64,000 nucleotides of DNA from the NCBI GenBank assembly GCA_046563655.1, contig CM102285.1, forward strand, positions 13,144,001-13,208,000. The letters run 5' to 3'. The DNA comes from Yuukianura sp. NJ FZ-2021 (lineage: Eukaryota). Position numbers and translations under genes: made by a program. The notes under the pieces were generated by a model that was not told the DNA's origin, made no database searches, and worked only from the letters and a program-made list of their open reading frames with translations. Below are positions 50,301-64,000 of the stretch, piece after piece; positions within the stretch are counted from its first letter, which is position 1; each line of letters begins with the position of its first letter.

Positions 50301-53300
50301 GGGTAGTAAAACAAAAAGTTTTCCGGGTAAAAGCCCCTGTCTGCTGCCAGATCCAAGGGAAAGTCGCCCCAGGCCACTTTCTCCAGCTTCGCTTCTTCCA
50401 GCAGAACCTCAATTCCCAAATGTCCTTTTGGATTTTACCCAAAATTCTCATTTCATATCTGCACACTAATGTAAAAGGCTCGTAATTGTGATTCCCATGC
50501 TATAGTGTTTTACACTTTAACATTATTTCCTAATCTAACGTAGCATAAATGTAGTTAATTTTTAGATAAATTACGGCTATTCTATTTTAGCACTACCTAG
50601 TTTTACAAGCAAAATTTCCTGCTGTAACTCCATTCTAATCCAAATCCATGCTAATTTCGGCAAAGTCTAGCGACAAAAATTTCATAAAAATAGGCTTAAC
50701 GCCACTGCACTAAATTTGCAATATGATTATGGTCAAAGCGTTATTAAAAGTTTTCTGAGGGGTGCTTTCCGATTTGAAATTATTTTTCAAAAATTTCGAA
50801 TTGGAATTTGTCAAATTTTGATTTTTTGCCTAAATTAAGCTCCCAGAATTTGTATCCTCGGTGGCTGTGGGATTTGGATCTTTTGAAAAAGCGTTCTTGT
50901 TTGAAGCAAAGCCTTCGGGCGGGCTAGAGTGGGAAAAGGGGGAAAGCTCTTGGGTGCTTCTATTGTTTGTTTCGAACAGGGAAGGAGGGTCTCAGCCGAA
51001 TTTCTAATGCGGATTGGCCCAGGGCAACTCCAAGAACCTACGCTAACCACCAACCCTTCCCCCACCTCAGCCTCAATCGAACCCACCACAGCCAGCATCT
51101 CCAAGATTTGCACAAAACATAAATTCATCTGCATTTTCCTTCCCAGAGAAGCTGAGGGAGCCACAAAAGCCCAAGATGGAAGATTATTTTAAAAAAATCG
51201 AATTTTAAATTTTGTGAAGTTGAATAAGGAATGCGGGCTGAGTGACCACGCCTTTTGTTCTGGAGGAGAGGTCAAAGTGTCAGAGTTGGACCAAAAATCT
51301 CATGAATCAAAGTACCGAGAAAGTCTATCGGAAGGAGTAGCCTTCTATGAGTTGCTGCTCCTTCAGATGATAGTCTTCGTGATCATCACATTAAATTGAT
51401 TGAGATCTTTTGGATCCTCCATTACTCTTGTCTTGAACGGACCAAATGGTTGCATGACTAAGGAAGGAAATTTTGAATTTTGAATTCACCTAGAAATGGT
51501 TACACACCTCCTCAAACTAACTTTTTTTTAAGTTTTAGAAAATCCTGCCACTTATTTAGAAATTATTGAAACCAATCTTCAATTTTTGAAAAAGTCACGA
51601 AAGGGAGCCTGAGCACAGAAGAGATTGATTTCAGAGGGAAGCGTCAATTATGTTGGACTTTTCAAAAGAAATGAAATGCAACCCTCAAAATTTAAAACAA
51701 AAGAGGACGAGGGTAGTAATTAGAACAAAGAAGCTTGAAAAGCTGTTTTGAAATTTCAAAATTTCAAAAAAGTTAAAAACAGAATGCTAAAGTATAAGTT
51801 GCTATCTGACGCTTCCAAATCCAACCACAGTGCAAAACTTTTCACATAAAAATGCTGATTCCTACATCAATTTCTGGAAAGCCTATGAATGGCGTAGAAA
51901 TTATTTCAATAAAACTTTCTCTTTCAATTTTGCTAAAAGTAAAAACGTAAAAAAAAATTCAAGATTTTGATTGCAAAAGCAATTAAAAGTTGCTAAATTG
52001 AAAAACTAAGTTGCTGAAAACAGTTGTTGATAATTTTTCTTACGGGAAGCTCTGTCCACGTAGAATCTGGTTTTTTCGTTCACTTTTGTTGGTTTCGTGC
52101 TGGTTTTAAATTAAAGGAGTCGCTTTCAAAGGACCATGTTAGAGAAGAATGGAATAATAGAATAGTAAATAATAATGTGAAGATTTGTGAGGATCCCTAC
52201 TATTATCATGTACACCAATTTCGTATCAAGCATCTGCCACAAACAGCATCTTCACCAGATCCAGCGAGATCCAAATTTAGCTCCAGTTTTTTCAAAATTG
52301 GTCTCCTTTTGTTCAAAATTCAAACATCATATCATTATATTCTTGTGAACATGACCTCACCATCCTCTAAATCTTCACAAAATGATCTCTTCGATCAATC
52401 CTCAATCAAAATTTCAAAATTTGGATTTCTTATGTCGTAAACCTCTACTGACGTTTTCAGTTGTAATTAAATTTATAATTTTTGAACATAAATCGAAATT
52501 GCTTCTGCAAAATTTCAATGCCGACAGATTGCAAATGGAATTCTAAGAACCATGGAGTGAAAAATGTTGCAGACTACACAAAATCCAAACAGGAAGCTGA
52601 CTTTTAAACGCTTGAGTATAATTTATACTTGCGTTTTTGGAAGTAGCAAGTTACGACATGCACCACCAAACGTTATTACCTCATCTACATTTCTAAATAG
52701 GAGTAAATTGAATGAACGCTCCCTTTTTAAAATTTTCCTTCTTGACGATTCACATAAAATGTATCATTAAAAATTAAGCATTTTTGGATCCATTGTAATT
52801 TGGTAATTTCTTCAATAGACTCTTTAGTACTTTTGGTTCCTTGCTGTCAATCACTGGAGGCTACAATTGAGTGTAAAAAGGACTTTGAAGAAATTTAAGG
52901 CTCTTTTGAACAGAAAAGATGCAGATGGTGAAGCCTCTCCTCAAAAATTTAGATGAATTATTTGTGAGTGAGTGATGAATTTGTCATGACATGGAGATTA
53001 AGTTCCATATGATTATGGTTGACTGTTATTAAAATAATAGTTTTGGCTCAATTACAATTTCGAAAAAAGACTATAAGAGAGCGGACGACTATGAGGAACT
53101 ATTTGTTGCAAAATCCAAAAGTCTATAACTTTTGTAACTTTAACACAAGTACAGAGTCTAACAACGGTGAATTACTGAGACCTCCGGCCTTAATAGGATA
53201 ATTTATGACCCCATTTCCCCTGCACTTAAACTCTCTGAGAAGCTCCCTCGGAGGCAAAACACCAAAAACAAAATTTACAGCGCATTGAATTAACAAAATG

Positions 53301-54050
53301 GAAATTTCAAAAGTTGACTTTTTGATATGCTCACAACAACTTTGAAGTTTGATTACCGTGAAACTTCGCCTTTTCAACTCAAATTATTATGCTAAAGTTT
53401 CCAAATTATAAAACAAAAACTAAAAAGTCAAATCATCAGTTAATTGACACTGCAATTGCAAACCCCCCACATGAAATATATTTTTTTTCAAATATTTTAG
53501 CTAAGCCGCCGATTGAAATTCTTTCGAAGTAAATCGTTATTGTAAACTTAAAATTAGTTGTCGGTTGCTCTGAAATGATTTTTTAGTTCAACTGAATTTT
53601 TTTTTGTAGCGAGTCAAATTCAAATTTCAATTTGCAAAAATTATTGAAATTATGAAATTCGACTGTCCTACGACGTTTTTTCAAACAAGAATGGAATTTT
53701 GTGAAAATTTTCGGTGGCTGTCTCAATTTTATTGATGACCGGAGGGTGATGATCTTTTGGCGGTTTCTGATTGTTGGTGGCTGTTGTGTTGACAGTTGTT
53801 TGATTGGCCCGTGGACTTTCCTATTACTGGTGGGTTGCTGAATCTTTATGCGAAGTATGTATGGTTAGGTTGTTGTTTAGGTTAATATACTTTGTACAAC
53901 TTTGTAGTGCAGGAAGTTAGTGTAGTAGAAGGGGTTGATTAAGAAGTTGAACGAATTGTGCTGAGGGGTTGTTGATGGTGAGGGATTTTTAGCCGTAAGG
54001 ACTCTCCTTTCTCACTTGTGTTCCTCTCTGCTTTTTTTTTGAGTAAAAGT

Positions 54051-54443
54051 TCAGTGTTTTCTGTCTCCCGGCCTTTTACTCGGTGAGGCAACTCAAGGGA
54101 CGACGGTGGTCGTGAGTTCTGTTCCTGCCAAATTCCAAGTACTTTTTTCGTGAGCTGAGCATCAGAGAGGCAGTTGTGGTCAGACAGAGCGTCGGCGGCT
54201 GGACAAAGACTCTGATCTTAGTCATTTGTGGAAGAGAAAGTCCTAGGGGCAGAAGGCAATCAGACGAGTCCCTCGAGACATCAGCCCAATTGTCATTGAC
54301 GAGGACGTGGGTGGGGCCAGTATTGTTTTCAAATGGTTCTCCAGTGGGAGACCACCGGTGGTGGAGACGTCAAGTTCCACATCCCACCCAACTTTCTCCA
54401 TCAACCAGACCATCACCACCATCACAACACTTTCAAAATGATG
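54051..54443 (+). other. Candidate alternative first exon ending in ATG ATG|GTGAGT
   Basis: TCAGT initiator-like sequence at ~54052, a relatively GC-rich leader, CAAA-ATG context at 54438 and a consensus donor GTGAGT at 54444. Confidence 0.45.
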
Positions 54444-56237
54444 GTGAGTTTTGTCATTTATGTTTTTATAGCTCAAAATGGAATCTGAAAGAAACCTAAA
54501 ACAGATTCATCAGTTAACCGTTTAAAAATTTTTGGAATTTGAATTTGCTAAAGCAGATTCTTAACAGATCACATTCTGCCATTTTCTTTAGTAAAACTCA
54601 AATAATACGGATTGTAATGAAAAAAAAATCCCTGAGAGCACTGAATTTTTCAAATTTTTAGAATCTACAAGTCAATGCGCTTGTTGAAGCGAGTGAAAAA
54701 TATTGTTCTCATTGTATTAACGTAGAAATAAGAAAAAAAAATCAAGAATTTCAAAATCCTACCGTAGATGTTTTTAGAGTGAAATTCGGATTGAGTGATA
54801 AAAAATACAGTTTAGCAAATTCAATTTTGGCAATTTAATTCCAATTGCCTCGTGGGAATTAGCGGTGTTGTGGTTTAGATTTCTTTTGTTAAGTGAAAAG
54901 AAATGAAAGCAGCGTAATTGGAAAAGTGTCAACATGGTTTTTGGAAATGACCAAATCTTTTAGTTAAATCTTTGAATTCAAAAGTGTGACTCTGTGCATG
55001 ATGCTGTCCGTTGGATTGACATTTGCACAAAAGTTCCCCATGGGGTTGACAGCCCATAAATTGCCAAAATCTGACTAATTTCCTTCTGGCCACTGCACGG
55101 ATTTAAAGTACTCATTCAAAAAAGCATTTCTAAGAGACTTTGTACTTACTTCCGCCTTAATACTCATCTCTGCGCAGTTTCAATAATTGAATGAGCACAA
55201 AGTCTTAAGTGAGCTCTTTTGATCATCTTCTGATTTATTGAGAACAAATTCTTGGGAATAGAGCACACCAGGGAGCCAAGAATTTAATTTAAAAAAGGTT
55301 TGCAAAAACAACTTAAATCAAATTTCTCAACAGATTCTAAGAGCTTGTCACTTTTTGTGTAATTGGCGTCTTTTGTTTTGCTTAAACGGTTTTTCAAACA
55401 GAGTTTACGAAAACGGAGAGGTCTAATTTGAAGAAAGTCATTTTTTGTATTAAAAATTGAAATTGAAGATGATTTGGTGTTTAAAGTGAGTTCAAAATTG
55501 TATTGTGTGACTTGTGACTTTTGGTGTTTAAGCGGAGTCTTTTGTGGTCCAGTTGAACAAAAGGATGTGAGTGAGTGATGATTTTAAAGGAGTGAATTGG
55601 AAGATGAGGAAGCCTGTGGAGAGATGTATCATTTAAAAAAAATGTTTAAAAATTTTTTTAGTTTCTGTTCAAATGGAAAATATGGAACCACGTTGAGGAA
55701 GACGCGGTGCTACGCAGAGTTCTTTTTTCGAAAACGTATTCAATCAATCCTGTGAATTTTCGTTTTCACACCCTATGGAGTGACCAAGATACGCCTTAGA
55801 TTGGAAGTTTTTAGTTAGAAAATGAGTTTTTCAATTCAAAAAAAAAATTCAAAAATTTTCAGAGACATTGACTTTCCTGCTAACTAAACTACTAAAGTGC
55901 AAATATTCGAAATTTCCAAAAACCAACATTTACGCTGGTTGATATTTTGTGTTGAATTTTCCAGAGAAATTTGTAATTGGAAAGTTCATATATCGCAATT
56001 GAGTCGAGTCTAGTTCATAAAGATCTTCGTCCTTTGAATATTGTTCAAAATTCGTTAGGTATTATACAAAAGTAAGGCTAGCGGAGAACATAATAACGTT
56101 TTCACATTAGGTTGGCTGGGCTATAGTTAGGTTAACAAATTTTAGATCATCATACCCGTATAACATAACATAAGACTCGAAATTTATTCCTGGAATTTTC
56201 AGTTTTTGATTGTGTGGTCTGTTGGTTACAATTCCAC

Positions 56238-56396
56238 TTTCTTTTGGAGAACATTTGATTAGATTTTTAGAACAAGATTCTTTTTCCAAAAAAATTGAAT
56301 TCAATTCTGGTTTTCTTTTGGAGAACATTTGATTAGATTTTTAGAACAAGATTCTTTTTCCAAAAAAATTGAATTCAATTCTGGTTTTCTTGGAGA
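56238..56396. repeat. Recent tandem duplication, 74-bp period, ~2.1 copies
   Basis: TTTCTTTTGGAGAACATTTGATTAG...AATTCTGGT repeated at 56238 and 56312. Confidence 0.92.
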
Positions 56397-59355
56397 AACT
56401 TTAGGAGGCCTTAAGAGTTGTAAGGGACGCCGTGCGGACAGCGTCTGACTGGCAGGGGGGTTGAGCCCTTATTCCATCCAAGTCCCCCCTGCTAAGCACA
56501 GTGACTGGAGATCTCTGGATGTGTCATTCATTAAGGCATCTTCCAGCCGCAAAGACTTTAAACAAAGTTAGAAGCCTCCGCTCATCATTCACCTGAAACA
56601 AAAAAATGAGGAGAAAAGTTAGGATTTTGCATGTTAAAATTGTTTGTTACTTTGAACAGTTTGATTTACAGCATCTCTCATCTTTTTCTTAACAATGAGG
56701 AAGAAAAAATCGGAAGAAGATTTCGATTCTTCCGTTAATTTCCGTAAAGAAAGAGGACAAGAGACGAATTAGTCACAGGCTTCAGCACAACAATGGAAAC
56801 AGAAAGAACACTCTTTTTTGTACACATTTACAATGTGGTCTTTCTAATTTTGTGGAAATTTGAAAAGAATGATAATAAGACAAGGTCTTCTTCCTCGTAC
56901 AGAATTCAAATTTGAATTTTTACCGTGTCAAGTTTCAAAATTTTGATAAATTTTAATTTCACAAGTTCAACAAAGTACCGCTACCGGAAAATTCTCTTAA
57001 ATTCCACATTTCCTGTATCACCTCAACTCAAATTCTCGAATTTTAAAAAGTGAAAGTTGTAGAATTTTTCTTACCCGATTTTGGAAGTTTAAAATTGAAA
57101 TTTTGTAAAACACGGAGATTTGTGAAAGTTGAAGTTTCTTCGGCGGCAGAGGAAGTAACTGTGGAAGTGATCTCCCTCTACCACCAACAGAAACAAGATT
57201 CTCCACTTCCTATGAACATCCCAGTGCTAAAGTATCTTCCTTGTTGTAGCGGTTGATGCTGAGTCCTGGGATGCTGCTGGGATCTTTTGAATCTCTGTTC
57301 CTAGATGGAACAGTTCGACGAGATCAATGCTCTGCGCCTATTCCGAAACTTCTTCTGCAGAATCCCAGTTCCGATTTTCCTCGACTCGCAGTCTTCCCCG
57401 AAATCGATTCCAACAAAAAACAAAATTTCATCCCCCTTCAATTCTTGACTTTCACTCGAGAGGGATGAAACGTGCAGCGTCTGTTGAGATTTTCATCCCC
57501 CAATTCCAACTTTCACACCTTCTCAAAATTTTGCTTCCGCTTTTTTCTTTATCTACACTAAAAAAGTGCGAATTTTTTTTTCAAAAAATAACATTGTGTC
57601 GACTGTCTTATGAAAAAATTGTTTACGAATTAATATTTTGAGTAACTTTGTGTAGGGCTTTTCTGAAGTAAAATTTTTTGGTGTAACAAAATTATCATGG
57701 CATGTGAGACACGTAAAGTCCTTGACGTGAGTTATGTTCGTGAAGATCACGAGCATCTTGCTCTGCTTTTGACTTCAGAAAAAATGAAGCTCAGCCTCTC
57801 AGAGCTTTTGTGATACACGCCCCAATACCATAACTATAACAAAACATATAATGCATTATTTGTAATTAATTAATTGATTCAGCCAACAAAAAGAATACAC
57901 AAAAGTAGCTTAATTGAAGTTTACTATAAAACTTCGGAGTACTTAAAAAGTTCAGGAAACATTTACTCCATGCTTTCCTTTTTTGAAAAAAAGTGAATTT
58001 AAGTTTTTGAAAACAATTTCAGAACTGAATGGAGCCATAAATCCTTCACTAACTCGACCTACATGTCACTCCTCCAATCGTTTCCAAATGTTCATTACTT
58101 CTTTTTTGTATTTGAGCTTTCAAATTTTGAAAAAGTGAACAATCAGGTAGACACATTACGACATGAAATGAAACTTCAAAAAACAATGGAATTGAACAAC
58201 AATGGAAACCTTAAAACTTCACTTTTTAAAGTTTCTCCTTGATCTGTTGATCACAAAAATCAACATCCCACATTTCGTGCATTTTTTCTTGCTTTGGAAA
58301 TTGCATAAAAAGAACAAAAGAACAAGATCAGTTTACTACTTCAGCTAAAAGTTGCATAAAAACGTAAGGCGTGAGCTGTGTGCGTGTTTTCCTTGCATAT
58401 TGCGCAACTTAAAATTCAAAATTTTAGATCAATTTGAAGTCAAAATTGTCCAAAAATTTTCAATTTGGCTGAGGACGTTGAGCCCTTTGATTATTAAAAA
58501 AAAGGTGTTAAGTAGTAGAGAAGATGAAGAAGCGTCTTCCACGGCGCGCTTGCGCTTGGTTTAAAGTGTTGTTGATCCAAGATGACTTGGGGATGTTAGT
58601 TTTAACAATAGACTTAATCAACAAAATTATGAGGAACCAATTTTCAAAAAGAAAAATTGAAATTACGAAGAAAAAAAGATGAACTAATTCTTGAAGTTGC
58701 TGAGGTGTAAAATTATTTAGCTCCTCTCAATGAAATCACGGGTGAAGGAGATGAAAATGAAGTAATGAAGCATACGTACACTAATTGGCAGTAAAAATTT
58801 AGAAAACCTGATTTTGAAAAAATATATTTGCTCGTTAAAACCGAGCACCGAAAAACTTGTTTTTCGAAATTGAAAATTGGAATGAAAGGAGTTGGAAGAA
58901 GCAGTTGAGTTAGTGGATAGTGGAAATTGAAGCATTAAAATCCTTGCAAATGACGCTAATAAATTATGGTTGCGGAAATTCATGGTCCTTGTAGAATCAA
59001 TTGACATTTGGAGAAACTGGATCTGTGCACAGCATGATAAAATTCATTGATTCCTAGAAACAAACAAACAATTTTGAATTAAACAAGAATCCGGGATCAA
59101 AATGTCCAATTTGCAATGCTAGGTGACCAGACGCACAAAAAATGCTGACTACACGCTAAAAAACGATCATGTAAGCCAACTTTTTTTTGAGAAGCATCAA
59201 TTCTATTGTTGTAAAAATTTCAACAACTGGATGCTACTGCGCATGCTGTTGGACAGCTTGGACTAGTACTGACACTGAGCATCTCTTCTCGTAACCAAGA
59301 TTCACCTGTGCTGTGCAACGTAGAGTTGCAGGGGAGATTGTGTCTGACGTTAGTT

Positions 59356-59642
59356 TTGGTCCATGCCATTGCTTCGATTAGAAATGTTCCGAATTGAATT
59401 CTTTCGAAAACTAATTGTTTCGAACCGCTCATTTTATGCCTAAACCTAACTTATAGTGTAGCCTAAAAGTTTTAGGCTAAAACAACATAACTAACCTAAA
59501 ATTCTAATCCAAATTCACCTAGTCCAAGCTTTAAACCATAAACAATTTGCTCTAAACCATAAAAAATTTCTGTTTCGAAACAATTATTTTGTGAAAGAAT
59601 TCGCATTCGAAACAATCTAATCGAAACAATGGCGTGTTCCCG
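59356..59642. mobile_element. Older MITE with imperfect TIRs and CCTAA-rich centre
   Basis: GCCATTGCTTCGATTAGA...TCTAATCGAAACAATGGC inverted, extending ~65 bp. Flanks CGTTAGTT / CGTTAGCT (8 bp, one mismatch). Internal CCTAAACCTAAC and CTAACCTAA. Confidence 0.75.
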
Positions 59643-62087
59643 CGTTAGCTTTGGTATATTCGGTCCAACAGGTGGGTTGATGGGCTCTGTCGAGAGTCAA
59701 GGTCTTCCAAAGCTACTTTTTTTGTACAGATCCTGGGAACAGATTATCTCCCACTCCCAACTATTCAATTGTTGTTCCCGGGGGTTGAATCTTGACTGCT
59801 CCAACGTATACAACAATGACGAACTGACATGGACCATGCACTTGGACTTGGTTATAGAAGCTCTCTTCCAAGAACTGGGCTTGGTCCACTCTTCAGAGGC
59901 TTCATTATCCCCCCACTGGATGGGATGCTCCTGGCAGCTCCTCCTTAGGAATTATTCCTGCAAGTAAAAAGAAAATCTTAGAATTAGAAACGATTTTTTA
60001 GTAAGGAGCAACGAGTATTTCTCAAGGGCTTTTAGGTTTGTTGCCCCATGGCGTCTCTACGCCTCGAGTCCAAAAGTATCGTATACACTCTGAAATTCTC
60101 TCAGAAAGAACAAAAGAGCCTAGGGATATTATGATATTTGTGTGAGACAACCATGCGGTCAATGGCATTGCCCAACCAATAATGAATCACGCCTCACTGG
60201 TGCTGTAAAGTTGTCAGTTTGAACCAAGAAAAATTTAATTATTCAACCAATTGACTGTGGCAACTTTACAAGAAAGATCTTAACTTGACTTATGAGAGAT
60301 CAACTTAAAAGTTGTACAGGAACCAAAGATCTCAATCTACCAATATTATTCACGAAGTCTTGGTTGGAAAATGCCTCTTACAGAGTCACGATTGTGACTG
60401 TAATTTTCGACATTATGGTTAGCTCATGACGCGCCGAACTGTCGATTTCTAAAATTCGATTTTTTTTTTGTTCTCAGAATTCGACTTTAGTATAAAAAAG
60501 TTTCGTTACTTAAAAATTTCTTTGAAAATGATCTGCTAAAGGGAAAGCAAATCTTTGGATTTCATCGTACTGTAACCTGTCAACTCCGGACGAGGTTGAC
60601 AGCTTGTAATTAAATGCCCCTAAAAGCATCGCGTTTCCTACTCTCGTAAGATGAGATCATTCTCTTGTGAATTTATGCGCAAGATAAGTACCTTGTGAAT
60701 TAATTTGTCGGTGTACTTTTGAGTGTTTACATTACTGGCTGTTGAACATTTTCGTCAAGAATGTAGTAAGTTACTGGCGATTCGATTCGTTCGTTACTGC
60801 TCAGCTCACTCTCAAGTTTGGAGACCATATGTCTGTGAAATGCCAGAATATATTATTAGTTATATAGAAAAGACATGTGAATCGAAATGTAGATTTTGGC
60901 TTCACTGATTGCTTTTGGTGATGATGGTGAAGATTATGCCAGTGATTGTTAGTGGTGGTTTGGTGGGAGAGTTGAGGTGGATGAAGTGGACGAGGGATGA
61001 AATCTCTGGACATAGACAGGTAGATTTTTTCGTTTGCCCGGCCATGGTTTAGCTTTAGCATTGTTGGTCCCCTGGCATTTTGTCTGTGAGGGACAAAGCA
61101 AAGGTATGAATCTCTGCTAGTTCTTCCAACTAAAAAGTTATACACCCTGGATAGAATTTGTGCTGTCTCACCTGAGACTTTCCTTTTTTGTTTATCCTCT
61201 TGGGCTAGGCAGTAACTGAAAAAAAAAGATTTTCAACCACCGAGACTCATTATTTAGTGTACCCTCCCTAAGAAAGACTTACGAAGAAAAAAAACTGAAG
61301 CCCCCTCCATATCCTTCTAACCAACAACAGTCTCCTCACTAAGAAAGTCAGTCCAATAATCCGTGTGTCTTGTTCTAAAACATCCTCAGGAAAGTGGTCT
61401 CCTTTCTTTATGACGGTTCTGCTAAAAACAAGTGCACAAAAAATTTACATTCCTGGAGGCCATTTTGGAATTCAATTTCTTAAAAATTTTGAATAGTGAA
61501 CTTACGTTTTCAAATTCAATTACCTTCCAAGTGTACAAAACCCAAACCCCCCTGAAATCGCTGCAAAAGTGTCCATGACAGTTGAGAGTTTCGTTTGAAG
61601 TTCTTGTTCTTCCACAAAGTGCTGCAAGGAAAGTGGACGTCCGTCGACAATTAATCGATTAACAAAGTAATTAGTAATTGCAATTTGCAAATTCCAAAAT
61701 TGTAAACACGAAAGTTTTGTTTTGATTGAAAAATTTGAAAATTGTTGATCAAAATCCCGCTCAAAAGTGTCAGGTGCTGTTGTTTACATTTTTGAATTTT
61801 TGACACGGCGGGAAAAACGTCGGATTTCTCTTTTTTTGTGATTTGGAGAAATCCAAACGTCGGATTTTCCCGAAAAACGTTCAATTTTTTGGTTCGGGGG
61901 TTCGTGTCACATCTTCGTCCAAAGGTCAAGGTCATCTACTTATACTCATCTACCACTGTTCTGAACAATCAATCACGACGTTGGAAGGATTAGGCAGCTA
62001 ATCGTGGCTGCAGAAGAATCAATGTTCTGGAGAATCAACCTCAACGTAATTTCTTTCGTTTCTTCTTGACAATCTTCACTTTACATC

Positions 62088-62876
62088 ATGAAATGTGACA
62101 TGGCGGCTGGGTCAACAGCAACAATGAGTCCATTAGATACCAACGGAGTCACAAGTAGTCACAGTCATGGAAGACCAAGGAGTATCGACATGGACCATGA
62201 CGATTCAAATCCACACAGTGACCCGTTGTCCATCAGCCCGATGCACGACACCAGCGAACCTCTGATGTCAACCACCGTCCTCATCCACCGTGGAGATGAC
62301 ATGGACAGTTGTCATACCTCTCCCGACAATCGGTCCGGTGACGTCACCATGGACATGACCCCAATGACCGCAGTGGAATCCATTGATACTCCTGATGGCT
62401 CTGTGCTTGTCCATCATCATCAACTTCATCACCACGCCCAAGCTCCTCACGTCCATGACATTGATGCTGATGCGCATCAGTTACATCAGCCTCCGAGCCT
62501 TGTGGTCACAACTGTTGGATCAAATGGAACCATCCCTGGTCTCAATGGCCCAATCGTCACGACGAGTAACGGCCAAATGATGACAACGACAACAGAGGCC
62601 ATCACGGCTACAACTGAAAACGGCGTTCAGCAAGTGATACCCGAGGGCACGGTTGTGCTGATGTCAATTGTGCCCAAGGCCGAGTCGCTGGACGAAATGG
62701 ACGACGGAGATACAGATAGAGAAATGTTGCCGCGAAAGCAGCAGTTGACGGCAACGGTTATCCAGGGAACTGCAAATGGCGAAGACGTTGAAGGGGTGAC
62801 ATTCATCATTCAGCCAACCAGTTCCGATGACATTAATCATCACGAGAGTAACGGCGAAGACGACGGCGTGGGTGAT
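62088..62876 (+). CDS. First coding exon of a large gene continuing beyond the window; low-complexity His/Thr/Asp-rich N-terminus, possibly a transcription factor
   Basis: 263 open codons with coding-like GC content from ATG 62088 to the donor GAT|GTTAGT. No recognisable domain. Confidence 0.7.
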
Positions 62877-64000
62877 GTTAGTTTTTTTTTTTTCGTTTTT
62901 CGATTTTTGAATATTGTTTGTTGTGGGCTATTCAAACGTTGACCTTATTCGGGCCCCACGTTCTAGGGACCTACTAAACTCAATTCTCTTTCAAATGCCC
63001 TTCAGCAGCCTTTGACAATGAGTTCAAGTTCATTGTCAGGAACCCTTGCTTTCAAGTGTAGGAAAACATGAAAAGTTTCTTTTTGTGTCAATTGATACCG
63101 AAGGTCACTTCATTTCCCTAAGCCGGTGGTTCCTTTAAGTCTTCCGGGACACAATTTTACAACATTTGTCGCTTTGTCAATGTCGCCGAGAATTTCTAAG
63201 TGCTAAAATCCAAAATTGCTCAGTTTGCATAAGTTCGACGCTGCTCAAAAAATTTTATCAAAAAATTCTCCAGTTAGAATTTTTACCCAAGCTGACACAT
63301 TTGCTATTTCTCTGCAATCCGGCACTCCGGGTAGTAACATAACATAAGCCACAGAATTGGGTGGCTAATTTTTGAAAATTCATACCGTATCATACGCATA
63401 CCATAACCATATGTATCAGAATTTGTAAATTTTTTGAAAGTTCGTACCGCACCATACCATTGGCATTTATAAATTTTTGAAAACCCGGGTAACCCAAAGC
63501 GGTACCCGTCTTTAAGGCTGACACTTTTTGTACCGCAGAACGAAGGGGTTGAAATTTGAAAAGTATTTTTCGTCTGAAAGCTAAAAGGTGTTTCTGGTCT
63601 GTTGTAAAAGTAAAGCCCTTGTTGACGCGGGACTAAAATGATTGTCAGGGATTTTATTATGGTCATTCACAGAATTCTGTTTTTATCCCTACGTTTTTCC
63701 TTGTGTGATATTTTTTTGAATACCAACTGCATAGGAATGTAGAATAGGTTAAGGCACTGTCTGTCTCGTTTTATTGTTCTTCGGGTAGAACAAGAAACTG
63801 AAGGCTTTTAATAAGTTTTTTTTTAAAGAGGACTCGGGACAGGGACGGTTTTTTGACGAACAATGGAAAGGAGTGACTTTTGAAAATTTTCAAATTTCTC
63901 CCAAGTGACCATTTCCCTAGGTTGTAAAAACTGCCATTTTAATTACCATCCGCCTTAACTTTGTTGGTAGTAAGACCATGTTAATTATAAGAATAGGATC

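Noticed and set aside
63310..63540. CATAC/TACCG-rich patch resembling a hAT-MITE subterminal region
   Set aside because: No matching TIR or TSD found within the window.

Overview
AT-rich eukaryotic DNA with short GT-AG introns. It is most likely an arthropod, based on a Tweedle-like cuticle gene, a lava-lamp-like golgin, TCAGT initiators and TTAGG motifs. The first ~33.5 kb is gene dense: a Tweedle-like secreted protein (+), cytochrome c1 (-), an ORF-free 5.4-7.8 kb region with an unusual structured tandem array, a long coiled-coil golgin (-), supervillin (+), a bacterial-type SnoaL-like gene with spliceosomal introns (-), and NPEPL1-like aminopeptidase (-). The remaining ~30 kb is essentially non-coding. 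It looks like the regulatory or 5' intronic region of a large + strand gene, with candidate first coding exons at ~54.4 kb and 62.1 kb. Several non-autonomous inverted-repeat elements are present. The most unusual feature is an 18-unit array at 6556-7723 in which each unit reads as a complete mini-intron abutting the next (CAG|GTCAGT), with hairpins that are kept even where the sequence diverges. All calls come from reading by eye; no searches were run.
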